DNA of 64,000 nt, taken from the IMG/VR virus record IMGVR_UViG_3300045988_159959, one strand, 5' to 3'. Every line of letters starts with the position of its first letter. Position 1 is the first letter of the stretch. This stretch comes from a virus. Below the pieces are notes generated by a model. The model was given only the letters and a program-made list of their open reading frames with translations, ran no database searches and was not told where the DNA came from. Of this stretch, positions 18,001 to 27,300 are shown in pieces. Position numbers and translations under genes: made by a program.

Positions 18001-21000
18001 AAGTAGGCATAGGATTAAAGTCAATAGCTACTTCTTTGTCACTATCCAAAGTAAGATTTCCATTTACAGGAATCCAATTCTGTTTTTCAACCAAATAAGA
18101 GTAACTACCACCTAACAAATCATTAAAAACAGCCTTACCGTCTGTTCCTGTTCTTCTACTTTGTGAAACTACCAATGCGTTTTCATCCGATCTTTCGTTT
18201 GACACCAAAGTAACGTTTGCACCTTCTACTGCACCGGTAGAAGCATTTGTTACTGTAAATGTTAAATCATAAAGCGGAATCAAAATCATTTCAACCGGTT
18301 CAGATTGGTCGTCCTGTACATTGATATTCTTGTTTATGGTATAATATCCATCTTTTGTGACAGTGTAAGGATAAAGACCGGGAAAAGCATAAAACACCGC
18401 ATTACCATAAGAATCCGTATTTTTAAACTCTCCATTAAAAACTATCTGTGCACCGGAAATAGGAAGTCCTTGTCCATTCCTTACAATGAAAGTGATTTTT
18501 CTTTCGTAAATATCGCCTTGCAGCAAGATATATTCGATTTGAGTATCTTCTTCATCTTCCAAAACCGATAAAAGATTATCTTTTATCGGTAAGAACAAGT
18601 TTTTCTCCACATCAACAGAATAATCACCAGGGAACAAAACTATATCAGCCTCCCCGTTTCTATTGGTTGTAAGAACATCTTCCAGAATAGAAATTTTTGC
18701 TCCCTCGATATAAGAGCCCCTATCAGAAATAACCTTGAAAATAACTTTCTTTTGAACCAAAGGACGTATTTCATTATCTCCTATTATGTTTTTATAAGCA
18801 ACCAAATAGGTTTCCATAAAGTCTTTCACACCTTCATTGCTTACCAAAGAGTTGTTTTTATAATAGGCGGCTATCACATCCTTTTCTCCCAAATGCCCTT
18901 GATAAAACGGCAAGAAAATAGGTTTTATCTTGATATCATAGATATAAACACTACTTGATGCTTGCGATCTGTCTTGGGTGAGAGAAAGCGACAAATAAGA
19001 AGTTCCTTCTTTCATTTGAAGTCCTCTGCCGTATAGGAAGTTCAAATCTACAGGACTTGCATAAGCTCTGTCTTTTCTTGACAAAATACCTCTACATTCG
19101 TAATAAACACCCGCAAATGGCAATCTTAAAATACCGTCCGTTACAGGAGCCTGTGAAGTTGTAATTTTACTTACTTCATTTATATTCAGAACCCAACTAT
19201 CATAATTGCTTGTAGAAGCAGACGTAACTTCAATATATTCCATAAATACCATACCGGCAGGTATGTCATATTTTGTATCGTACAAAGTCATTTCTACAGG
19301 CATATTTCCAGCTTCAATCGTTACAGCTTCGATCGTTGTTTCTTGTGTTTGGAACCTTACCTTTCTTGTTAATGTAATAGGATATTTAAAACTGGGAATC
19401 CAAAAAGAATAAGTTACGGGCATCGGTTCAGCGGTAGAAGCTATCATCTCTGGCGGAAGACCTTCTTCTGTAATGTTAGCAAGAACTCTCATAAGGATTC
19501 CGTCAATAATAGTTCCTTCTGTGTTTCGTTTATATTCTAACGAAGCAAAATCCCTTATCATTGGCGAATAAACTTCAACAGTTTGCCCATCTTTTGGAGA
19601 GCCTAAAGCATCTGACAATAAATTGCCCGGAGTGTTCGCACTTCCTGTATAAAATTCATTCATTATAATAGGAAGTGAAGATTCCGAATCCGCAACAACT
19701 GACAAAGTAGCTGTAGTTGGAAATGTCGTAATCGTATCAGGTTTTTTGGTATAAAAACCAATCAAAATATCTCCTGTAAAATTAGGTAAATCCAAAGAAA
19801 AAGGATTAGAATCAATATAATAAATATACTGACTTCCTGACGCAGAAATTATAAATAATATCGCTCCATAATTACTTGAATCAAATCCACCCAACTGAAA
19901 AACACCTTTAGGGCTAATAACATGACTTGCATCCTTATTAGTAAAGATAATCGTAGGTAAACTTTGAGTAGCTTGTTCTTTGCTGGCAATAGGAAATGGC
20001 GATCCTCCCATAGAAAGACTAAAATTCTCTATTTTCAATTCATGATCTGTAGCTGTAAAATCCCCAGTTACAACAATCTGCTCCATCTCTTCCCCTCCAA
20101 TAGGAGTTCCATCTTGTTGAAAAAAGAAAAACATATTGTTAAATCCGTATCCATCTCCACCATTCAAAGTAGGATTCTCAATATTGGGAAATTGTTCTAT
20201 CAAATCCGTACTGAAAGAATAATCATATTGAGGTTCGTCACCTCCTTCCGGTATGAAATTAGTGCTTTCTACATTTCCATAAGATTCTTTACAAACTATC
20301 CCCTGTTTATCTTTGTTAAAAACTTCAACACCAAACTTCAAATTTTGATTATTAACAGAAGATGATTTTACCTTAAAAGAAAGCTGATAAGTCAAATTTT
20401 CAGATACAGGAAGTAGCTTTGATTTGTCCTCTGCCGAAGATATACCCACCAAACTATTCCCTACAAAAGTCATAGCTTGAATAGGGTTTCCATCATTGTC
20501 AATATCGCTTACCACAACCACGCCGGTAGGATTGACCAAAGGATAAGCATTCAAATCAGTTATGCTTTCTGTTGTCTCATATCCTTTGGTAACGTTTAAA
20601 ACAGTGTCGGTTCTGTTCCATGTAGGAGAACTGTATCCCATTGTCCAGCCCGTATCACGTGCCATCAAAAGGGCAAAAATAAATTCTTCTTCCGTTTTGT
20701 ACCGGATAAGACGAAGAAGCTCACCGAGTATTGTGCCTTCTTTATTTACAATATCAATTGTTCCTCTTTTCCGGTATTCCCTTACATAGTTATCGAACAG
20801 ATATTGCATCTGTTCAAGCGTATCAACTTCATCCGTCACAAGTCCTCTGTTTTCAATAAACAATTCAAACAGAATCTTATTTGTATCAATCTCATTGTAT
20901 TGCTTTGCATACAATACAACAAGGGCAAATATGTGACAGACTGTTTCCCAATATGCCTTAAAATCCTCACCGTCTTTCTTTATGAAAGTAGGAAGAATGC

Positions 21001-21109
21001 CGGGCGAAGATACTTTTTCAAGTACATTCTCCGCCCATTCCATTACGGCAGGATCGTTTTCTTCAAAGAACCGTTTGAATACGGTTTTATTGTAGATTTC
21101 CTGTGACAT
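15065..21109 (-). CDS. Giant tail fibre/receptor-binding protein (2014 aa) with tandem beta-sandwich repeats and a C-terminal BspA/DUF285-type leucine-rich-repeat domain
   Basis: About 9-10 repeats of the pattern V.V.D..G.P..GA.V......T...G.A...L..G.Y.Y.V...GY. The C-terminal ~450 aa carry recurring MF.gCtsL units (FMGCTSLSSI, FRGCTSLKSI, MFRECKSLAS, LFENCTYL, MFANCKSV, MFSGCTNL, MFYNCSKL). Confidence 0.7.
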   Translation of the reverse strand: MSQEIYNKTVFKRFFEENDPAVMEWAENVLEKVSSPGILPTFIKKDGEDFKAYWETVCHIFALVVLYAKQYNEIDTNKILFELFIENRGLVTDEVDTLEQMQYLFDNYVREYRKRGTIDIVNKEGTILGELLRLIRYKTEEEFIFALLMARDTGWTMGYSSPTWNRTDTVLNVTKGYETTESITDLNAYPLVNPTGVVVVSDIDNDGNPIQAMTFVGNSLVGISSAEDKSKLLPVSENLTYQLSFKVKSSSVNNQNLKFGVEVFNKDKQGIVCKESYGNVESTNFIPEGGDEPQYDYSFSTDLIEQFPNIENPTLNGGDGYGFNNMFFFFQQDGTPIGGEEMEQIVVTGDFTATDHELKIENFSLSMGGSPFPIASKEQATQSLPTIIFTNKDASHVISPKGVFQLGGFDSSNYGAILFIISASGSQYIYYIDSNPFSLDLPNFTGDILIGFYTKKPDTITTFPTTATLSVVADSESSLPIIMNEFYTGSANTPGNLLSDALGSPKDGQTVEVYSPMIRDFASLEYKRNTEGTIIDGILMRVLANITEEGLPPEMIASTAEPMPVTYSFWIPSFKYPITLTRKVRFQTQETTIEAVTIEAGNMPVEMTLYDTKYDIPAGMVFMEYIEVTSASTSNYDSWVLNINEVSKITTSQAPVTDGILRLPFAGVYYECRGILSRKDRAYASPVDLNFLYGRGLQMKEGTSYLSLSLTQDRSQASSSVYIYDIKIKPIFLPFYQGHLGEKDVIAAYYKNNSLVSNEGVKDFMETYLVAYKNIIGDNEIRPLVQKKVIFKVISDRGSYIEGAKISILEDVLTTNRNGEADIVLFPGDYSVDVEKNLFLPIKDNLLSVLEDEEDTQIEYILLQGDIYERKITFIVRNGQGLPISGAQIVFNGEFKNTDSYGNAVFYAFPGLYPYTVTKDGYYTINKNINVQDDQSEPVEMILIPLYDLTFTVTNASTGAVEGANVTLVSNERSDENALVVSQSRRTGTDGKAVFNDLLGGSYSYLVEKQNWIPVNGNLTLDSDKEVAIDFNPMPTYNMVFTVNDYNTFTGEKVPLQGVTVSFAGLTKVTDDSGQALFEGVLGGKYTYDIRYTNDYQRVTVENYEFYGDANLTIDLARLTYKTTIKVIGAGGVALTGATVVVDETHTYTQKDSSGIVLDLPNGTYKAVASYEEYNDKEQSFTVNRAAQTVTIDMSQILYNLIFVVTEDNSSVSNGTKISLNSGEQEGLTNNGQVVFKVPRNLYNWVASKQYFENQVGVVQPNDLPKTVYVAMPRKEVRVQFYVYNSDTGLPVSGASIKPEGLSTQNTGSDGTTTFTMQMGKTYVCEVSVYDYQTTTYSVTVNQESMPQQRVGISNKTYNAHITVKSRNGYNINRAYVTYGGKSGYTNSSGLLTLTGIQSGTYDATCTATNYQSQTKYNVAMSGSDVYIDFVLDYDLVTTYIYLRKENVLQAYTSVSVRTTAPDGSTYSNTTEQTNGSGRVTVSSPSGGYVYASASDSQCVSTGEEITDAGGSSIYLYLWKALIVTYSGSPQTPSVSSGVYEIVGSEVRVQAGSRNTNSPGTVRANFKNHTRATAIKQWPESFSIQGSTGTFNIDATGGNPGAFMGCTSLSSIATNAIPSISGGVISWFRGCTSLKSIPSGLFTKMTGNSCAGAFYGSGVTSLPGGQLVPLSCIYHSSMFRECKSLASCVGSGTFGRGGGVDDFHAVFADCTALTNTGGLSATSSPFSNATNAKYMQYTFQGCTKISSLPVIWFRNCTNIVSFVGCFVGCTSLVDLWSTAMFAFNTKATNMQSLFENCTYLSIPYGEALPSSVTNASRMFANCKSVADITSFNMKNGKLQNAASMFEGSGVQQVPANFFNGMTTLTNLRRCFASCTSLTSFGRTGNYVGMPSTTMRPINVDRGNQFENTPMDILGNTLDCTEMFSGCTNLSLGTQSAYAISYTSLFARASAPGVGKVNMDRMFYNCSKLATVPVYELSSGSPNYRLITDSTDSSVTSHSQTFYGTNCENVPSGWK
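16600..18760 (-). repeat. Tandem array of ~80-90-aa CarboxypepD_reg-like domain repeats (protein-level) in the 2014-aa fibre
   Basis: Periodic sequence pattern seen by eye in the translation; boundaries approximate. Confidence 0.5.
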
Positions 21110-21134
21110 TCTAAAAATTTTTGAATTGTTTTTG

Positions 21135-21260
21135 TTATACCGTTTCTACATACGTCCCCACAAGGTCTTTTAAATCATGTGAGAGCGGTGTTCCGCTATC
21201 GCGAGTACATTTGTACTTCACGCCGTCTTGCGTGTAAAATTTGCCATTAAAAAGCTCCAT
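21135..21260 (-). CDS. small ORF (42 aa from ATG) in frame with the preceding gene
   Basis: MELFNGKFYTQDGVKYKCTRDSGTPLSHDLKDLVGTYVETV. The frame is open all the way back to the TAA stop of ORF 21333..23030. Confidence 0.3.
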   Translation of the reverse strand: MELFNGKFYTQDGVKYKCTRDSGTPLSHDLKDLVGTYVETV

Positions 21261-21332
21261 AGGCGGTGTATAAGGAATAGGATCATCCTCTGTACCTTCG
21301 TGATTATTTTCTCTAATTATTTTATTTCGAAA

Positions 21333-23030
21333 TTATTTAGCTTTTAATGTTTGCAAGTAAATGTAAGCCTTAATACAGTCTTCTTTTGAAAGAACTTTAG
21401 GGAAGATAGCTAAGTTCTTGAAAGCTATTTTTGTATAATTTGTACCATTATGCCCTATCATTAACATTTGTCCAAAATCAACTGTATCTCCCGGCGTTAC
21501 CTTTTGTAAAGAATTAAAATCTAAATAAACTGAACCCTTAGAGGTAACGGCTTTTATAGAATTTCCAACAACATTAGTTCCTAACTCTGCATTAATATAC
21601 ACATTCATTCTACCGGTTAATGAATAATTATAAAATCTAAATGAACCAAACTTAGCAATACCGGCAATTTTTATTGCATCTTCTTTCAGAAACTCCCATT
21701 CGCCAACAGTTGTCCAATCCTTGCCAACTGTAAATGCGGAACTCTGAATCTTATCATCCACACCATCTGTTACCAGATAGCCCGCATATTCCCCTTCTTC
21801 ATTGTAGCCACTCCCTTCTGCAAAACCAAAATTAGACAGCACAAGATTATTACCATTGCCCGTTATGTTAGCTATGGTAGCCCTGTCGGTATCTTCGTTG
21901 GTTTTCCCGACTACTGTCCATGCTTGGTCGGGGAATAGCCAGGGGTATTCTTGTTTGTAGTAGTTTAGTACCTTTTCATCATCTTCGTCTGTTGAGAAAT
22001 ACCCATTACAGATTGTTTGACCGGCGATAGCAGCTCTGGCAAGAAAAGTGGCATACACATTTCTCCACAAGTAATACAATCCGGGATTAGCTATAAATTC
22101 TTTTGAGCTAAGTGACCGTGATTCACCTGTAAATAAATTAATTATAGTTGTAATATCTTTATTTCTTTTACAGACTAATAGCATGAATTGATTAATGCGA
22201 GGAACAAGGTTAACCCCAGTTGATGGTTGAAAATTTATGTGAGTACCACTGTAATTAATAGAAAAGTCTTTAGTTTCATTTTTCCCACACAAAATCATAT
22301 TCCTTGCCGGATCATCCTGAAATGGAATAAACGCCGTGTACACCGTGTAAGTATCCTCGAAGTTAAGCTCCTTCTCTGTTACTGCAAAGTCGTCTACTCC
22401 GTCACCGAGGATGAAGCCGGGGTATGAGGGGAGTTGCTCGATGATTATATTAAGATCAATTGCTTTTGGATTAGATATCCAGATATAAATTCGAGATTGA
22501 TCCCATCCGGCTTCAAAAGGTTGATATATCTTATAAATACCATCCTTTTCTATTCGTTCAATATCCTCACCGAAACCCCCTTTTGTTACCCTCAATAGTG
22601 CACCATCTTTCAGTCCCATCACTTTTAAGGTGAAATCATAGATATCTCCTTCTTTAGCTACACTTGTAGCATTTGAATAGATATTTGTATTTTTGACTGT
22701 AGAAGGTATGTTCAAATTCATTTTAGAAGAAGTATGAGTTTGTGTGCCACCAATACCAGTTAAGTTCCCGTACCCCCAACCATTAAAATTTTGATTGTAT
22801 CCACCAACTCCAGACATCCCTGCCCAACCAAAGTTCTTCATCTGTAAATCATGCCCATTACCTGTAAGGTCTTTCCATACAGGATTAGTAGACATATCTT
22901 CATTGGTTAATCCTTTGGCAGACCATCTTGCAATCATACCAGGGATGTTTGGGAAGGGTGTACCGCCACCTCCCCCAAACCTTCTTCTAAAAGGAATTGC
23001 GTTTATGTTTCCTAATAGCATCATAATCAT
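21333..23030 (-). CDS. Tail fibre-associated protein with two LamG/concanavalin-like lectin-type modules
   Basis: Duplicated pattern KDLTGNGHDLQMKNFGWAGMSG / ANITGNGNNLVLSNFGFAEGSG, typical of Laminin_G_3-like domains in phage fibres. Confidence 0.5.
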   Translation of the reverse strand: MIMMLLGNINAIPFRRRFGGGGGTPFPNIPGMIARWSAKGLTNEDMSTNPVWKDLTGNGHDLQMKNFGWAGMSGVGGYNQNFNGWGYGNLTGIGGTQTHTSSKMNLNIPSTVKNTNIYSNATSVAKEGDIYDFTLKVMGLKDGALLRVTKGGFGEDIERIEKDGIYKIYQPFEAGWDQSRIYIWISNPKAIDLNIIIEQLPSYPGFILGDGVDDFAVTEKELNFEDTYTVYTAFIPFQDDPARNMILCGKNETKDFSINYSGTHINFQPSTGVNLVPRINQFMLLVCKRNKDITTIINLFTGESRSLSSKEFIANPGLYYLWRNVYATFLARAAIAGQTICNGYFSTDEDDEKVLNYYKQEYPWLFPDQAWTVVGKTNEDTDRATIANITGNGNNLVLSNFGFAEGSGYNEEGEYAGYLVTDGVDDKIQSSAFTVGKDWTTVGEWEFLKEDAIKIAGIAKFGSFRFYNYSLTGRMNVYINAELGTNVVGNSIKAVTSKGSVYLDFNSLQKVTPGDTVDFGQMLMIGHNGTNYTKIAFKNLAIFPKVLSKEDCIKAYIYLQTLKAK

Positions 23031-23039
23031 ATAATTATA

Positions 23040-23414
23040 TTAAATCCCAATACTCAAAGAAGAAACAGTCGTACCCTCTTTCACAATTTTCTGAACCATG
23101 TACATAAGAGGATTGCCGATATTTGCATTCACTTCGGCTTCTGAAATAGTATATTCCATACCACCGGCAAGAATCACTTTAATTGTACCTGCCGCAAGAG
23201 GAATGATAACAAAAGAAACCGGTTGACCGTTTTGGTCGATAAGTGTTATATCTTCATCAATAGAAGCAAAGTTCCATGCACTGCTGATTAAAGAAGGTGC
23301 TGCATCACCATTATTAGTTATCAGCTTATTGGAGTTAGCTGTTACTGTTCTTTTTATGATATCCATTGCAATGATTTTTAAATTGTTTGTTTTATCTAAG
23401 TAATTACTTGACAC
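23040..23414 (-). CDS. hypothetical protein
   Basis: 124-aa ORF in the fibre module. Confidence 0.45.
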   Translation of the reverse strand: MSSNYLDKTNNLKIIAMDIIKRTVTANSNKLITNNGDAAPSLISSAWNFASIDEDITLIDQNGQPVSFVIIPLAAGTIKVILAGGMEYTISEAEVNANIGNPLMYMVQKIVKEGTTVSSLSIGI

Positions 23415-23520
23415 AAAAATAACCTTTCTTTTTGAGAAAATACAAACTTACCCTCTTTTCTTTTTCTACACCTCTTACAAATACATTTCCCTTCTTTTAG
23501 TAGGGAGAGGGGGAGGAAGA

Positions 23521-24288
23521 ATGCTGAATTGGCAAAGTTGGAGTAATTTTGTTTTGGAAGGAGGGACAACGGGAAACATATTGTACCTTCCTAACGTTAA
23601 AATGGCTGATATTGAAGGTAATAAATTTGATTACATTGGTTTTAGTCCTAACTACAATGTAAACGGAAGCTATACGGAAGGCACAGAGGTTGGATTGAGC
23701 ATACAAGAAACGACAACAGATTTATTAGCTTATAACGGACAAAAAAGTCCGGCACATGATGATAATGTGAAAGGAGTGGTAATTTTGCCGGGAGGATATA
23801 CTGTTTATTATGGCAAATCTTCCGGTGGATTTGCTGCACATGGTGCGGGTAATTATTATTGTTCTGGAAGCTATGGTAGCCAAAATGCAAGTGAATTAAC
23901 TGGAAGTCAAGCAGACCAATATATGCAACCCGCAGGCGCACCGGGTGGAGACGGTACTTTTGGTTTTAAATGCTCTTATGAGGTAAATTTTGCATCGCCT
24001 CGAACCAACCCTATCACCTCTACAAAGACTATCCCTATCTCATCTATTTTTGGAGGAACCTCTAAAGGAAAAGCAGGGTATATAAATACTAATGGCGGAC
24101 AAAGAACCGGTGCAAGTGTTTATGGCGGAGCCGGATATGGCGATTCATGGGAAGGAGTAGTAGAAGGTGTGAGGAAAGCTGGTTATGGAAGTGGACAAAT
24201 GTCTTCTCCGGCAGATGAAGATGCAGGAAATCTGATCTTACCCGGTGACGGTATTGTCTGCTTATATTATCATAATGAACCAATCTAA
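23521..24288 (+). CDS. Glycine-rich domain protein, paralogous to the C-terminus of the 2859-aa protein; the only plus-strand gene
   Basis: KTIPISSIFGG / GGAGYG / GDGIVCLYYHNEPI align with ETIPIQSVFGG / GGGGYG / GAGIVCIYYHNNPI at the C-terminus of ORF 24346..32925. The gene is preceded by the purine-rich gggagagggggaggaaga. Confidence 0.65.
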   Translation: MLNWQSWSNFVLEGGTTGNILYLPNVKMADIEGNKFDYIGFSPNYNVNGSYTEGTEVGLSIQETTTDLLAYNGQKSPAHDDNVKGVVILPGGYTVYYGKSSGGFAAHGAGNYYCSGSYGSQNASELTGSQADQYMQPAGAPGGDGTFGFKCSYEVNFASPRTNPITSTKTIPISSIFGGTSKGKAGYINTNGGQRTGASVYGGAGYGDSWEGVVEGVRKAGYGSGQMSSPADEDAGNLILPGDGIVCLYYHNEPI

Positions 24289-24298
24289 AAACAAAATA

Positions 24299-24320
24299 GG
24301 GAGAGCTTAAATACTCTCCC
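24299..24320. terminator. Bidirectional terminator between the convergent genes
   Basis: GGGAGAG-cttaaata-CTCTCCC, flanked by an A-run upstream and T-rich sequence downstream. Confidence 0.6.
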
Positions 24321-24345
24321 CTTTAATTTGTTGATATTCAGTTAT

Positions 24346-27300
24346 TTAAATAGGATTGTTGTGGTAATAGATACAAACGATACCTGCACCTTCGTTGTAA
24401 TCATTTGTTCCACTTCCTATTTTAAAACAAGTTCCACCGGCTCCATATCCTGCCGATCCATTTGGATTTGCTTCTCCATAACCACCTCCACCACTGGCTT
24501 TACAGTTCGTAGTAGAAATGAAGTAGCTTAATCCACCGGTTCCTATACCGCCAAACACAGACTGAATAGGAATGGTTTCGCTTGCTCTAATTCCGGTATT
24601 GTAGTCTGGACCTTGTGTTCCAAGTCTTCCGTCGCCACCTTCTCCGCCTTGCATAGTTGTAGCGGTAGATGTAGTTTGCTCGCCATTTCCATAGCTACCA
24701 CCACTACCGGCTGTTAGAACAGAAGTTGCAAGACCGCCTTCTGTTCTTCCATAAACGAAAAGACCACTATCTGTTTCTCCATTTAAAGCAAATTCCCAAT
24801 AATCCTGTCTGTGATCCTGTCCGTTGGACATGTCGCCTAAAAAGGCGGTTATTTCATTTCCTAAACTTTGATTGTAACGAACATATAAACCGGGAGAAGA
24901 TGAACCGGACATACTGTGTCTAAAGTCTATTTGAGTAATCCAACCTATACCACCAACACCGTCACTGGAAGTTATTATGTTCTTTTTGTAAGCGATCATA
25001 CCGCCATCTCCACCCATACAACCACCAATCCATTGAGGTGCATTAGGAGCGTTGTCAGTATTTTTACCGACTCCCCCTCTCCCTACTAAAAGAAGGGAAA
25101 TGTATTTGTAAGAGGTGTCAAGTATGTAGTTCTTTTGGTCTGATGTGATTTGTACCAACTTATTAGGTTTGGTTAAAGTGTATTCCAAAGAGAAAGATTG
25201 CCCGAATATCACATCAAATACACCGTTCGTTGTAAACGTATCGTACCCTTCGGACGTGATTGTGATCGAATAGTTTCCGGCAGGTACTTTTGGAATACTT
25301 GCCGTATAAGTTGCCGGCACTGCCGATCCTTGATGTGACTTTCCATCCGAATCCACCAATGTAATTTGTCCACCGGCAGGCAGTACCTTTATATGTACAT
25401 AATAAAGCGGTGTAACGTTTAGCTGAACCTGCATACCGTTACTTGTCACATTAATTCTTTGTGTTATCTCTTTAGAATAATCTCCTTCCGGCATGTACAA
25501 ATCGTAAGTTCCGTAAGTAACGTTATTAAACGTTGCCGTCCCGGTAGATGTACTTGCAGTTTGAAGAGCAATAGTTTCACCCGGGTTTCTAGGCTGGATT
25601 TCGCTTGGAACATATCCACTTATAGAACCGGCTCTTTTTATCTGTACTTCAAAATAGGAAAAGATTTCCTCCATATATACCTCGTACTTATTACCGTCAC
25701 CCTCACTAATGGTTACCGTACCTTCTTTCGATACATATCCATCTTTTTGTACTGTTATTTTAAATGTTCCTGTCGGAAGATATAAAATCAAAGCTCCACT
25801 TGCAGGCGTTGTACCGGTTGCGTAAACTTGTTCTGTAGTCTGATCGGACACAACCACTTGAACGCCTGATATAATGTCGCCAAACAAATTATTTTTATGA
25901 ATAGTAATGTTCAATTCATTACCCGGCTGTAATGCTACCTCAATTGTTTTAGCCTCTGTTACCGTACCGGCATTTCCTGTAGCCGTCAAATATGTATCAG
26001 CAGAAACCTCATAGTTGTAACTCTGATTAAGTTCAACCGACAAAACAGCTTCACCTTCATCGTTTGTAGTTCCTGTTACTGTACCGGCAATAGAAGTCAT
26101 TTTGACAAGTGCACCGAAAATAGGTGTTGAAATGATATTGCGGACACGAGCAAAAGCACGGGCATAACGTTGAGAGGCTTTTGTGTCGTAAATTGCGCCC
26201 CCAGTATTAGCTGCCATAGTCCAAGCATTGTTTTCATCTCTTTGTGTTGAACTCCAAAGACGAAAAGTTCCAAACACCGTTCTCCCACCGATTTTTGTCA
26301 TACATGCTTCAATCTGATCTTTGTAATAGTATGCTAATGTAAGCTCACCCAAAGAAGGTAAATATCCCGTATATCCTTCTGGAAACAAATCGGTTGTAGT
26401 ACGACAAGAATATGCAGCAGGAGCGTTACTTCCTAATTGTTCTACGAGCTTGTCAGTATTACTTTCTCCCGCAAAATCTTCCATTGCAATACTTCTTGCA
26501 GTGGTGGTAACAATCCCATCAATAAGTCCACCTGAATTAGCCCACTCTATGTTAGCGAAATTAGCAGCTTTACTTATCACAAATTGGCTACCAGAAACCA
26601 TTACAGCAACACCTACAGTATCGTCAATAGTACTGGAATACTGATCCTTTTCATATAGCTTGTTGTTTTTGCCAAGAATGTACACTCCTTCTTCCATACC
26701 ACCTTTAAAGGGAAATGGGAAGAAAGGTAAAACATTACCAGCTGTATTTCTAATCTGAACTTCTCTTGTGCCAGCTTCTACATTTGAATAATAAGCAGAA
26801 TCAGTGCCTTCTACTATTGAAGTCCACATTTTACTCGCCGGTATAGCAGCAGTAGCGTCTATTAACTCTAAAGCAGTATTTACGGCCGATAAATTATCAT
26901 GAAGCACATCTGCTTCTCCAGTAGAAGGTAAGTATCCTGAACCTTTCGGGAAACCGGGAGCAACTACATCCTTACAATAACGAGCGGCACTACTACTATC
27001 CAGCAAAGACACCATATAATCTGTATAGGCTTTACCATGAAAAAGTTGAGGCAAATAAGCTATAAAATTAGGGCCATCAAAAGGAGAGTCCAAATCAGTA
27101 TCACTTCCCCAAGTTTGAGTATTCTGCAAATAAGTAGAAGATATCATAAATGCTGCATTGTCAGTAGCAACACCTACGCCAATAGCCTCGCTGGATGATT
27201 TTCCTGAACTTACCCATTCTTCTGTTGTGTAACGATTACCAGAGTAATCACAGATATATACTCCGTTAGGAATTGGGTTGTATTCGTATGTACAGAAAGG

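Noticed and set aside
23415-25300. Mu Gin/P1 Cin-style invertible tail-fibre segment
   Set aside because: The convergent paralogous tips resemble an Sv/Sv' layout. However, I found no invertase gene in the window and no long inverted repeats at a constant/variable junction. DNA identity between the two tips is only moderate. It is kept only as a hypothesis under the cassette finding.
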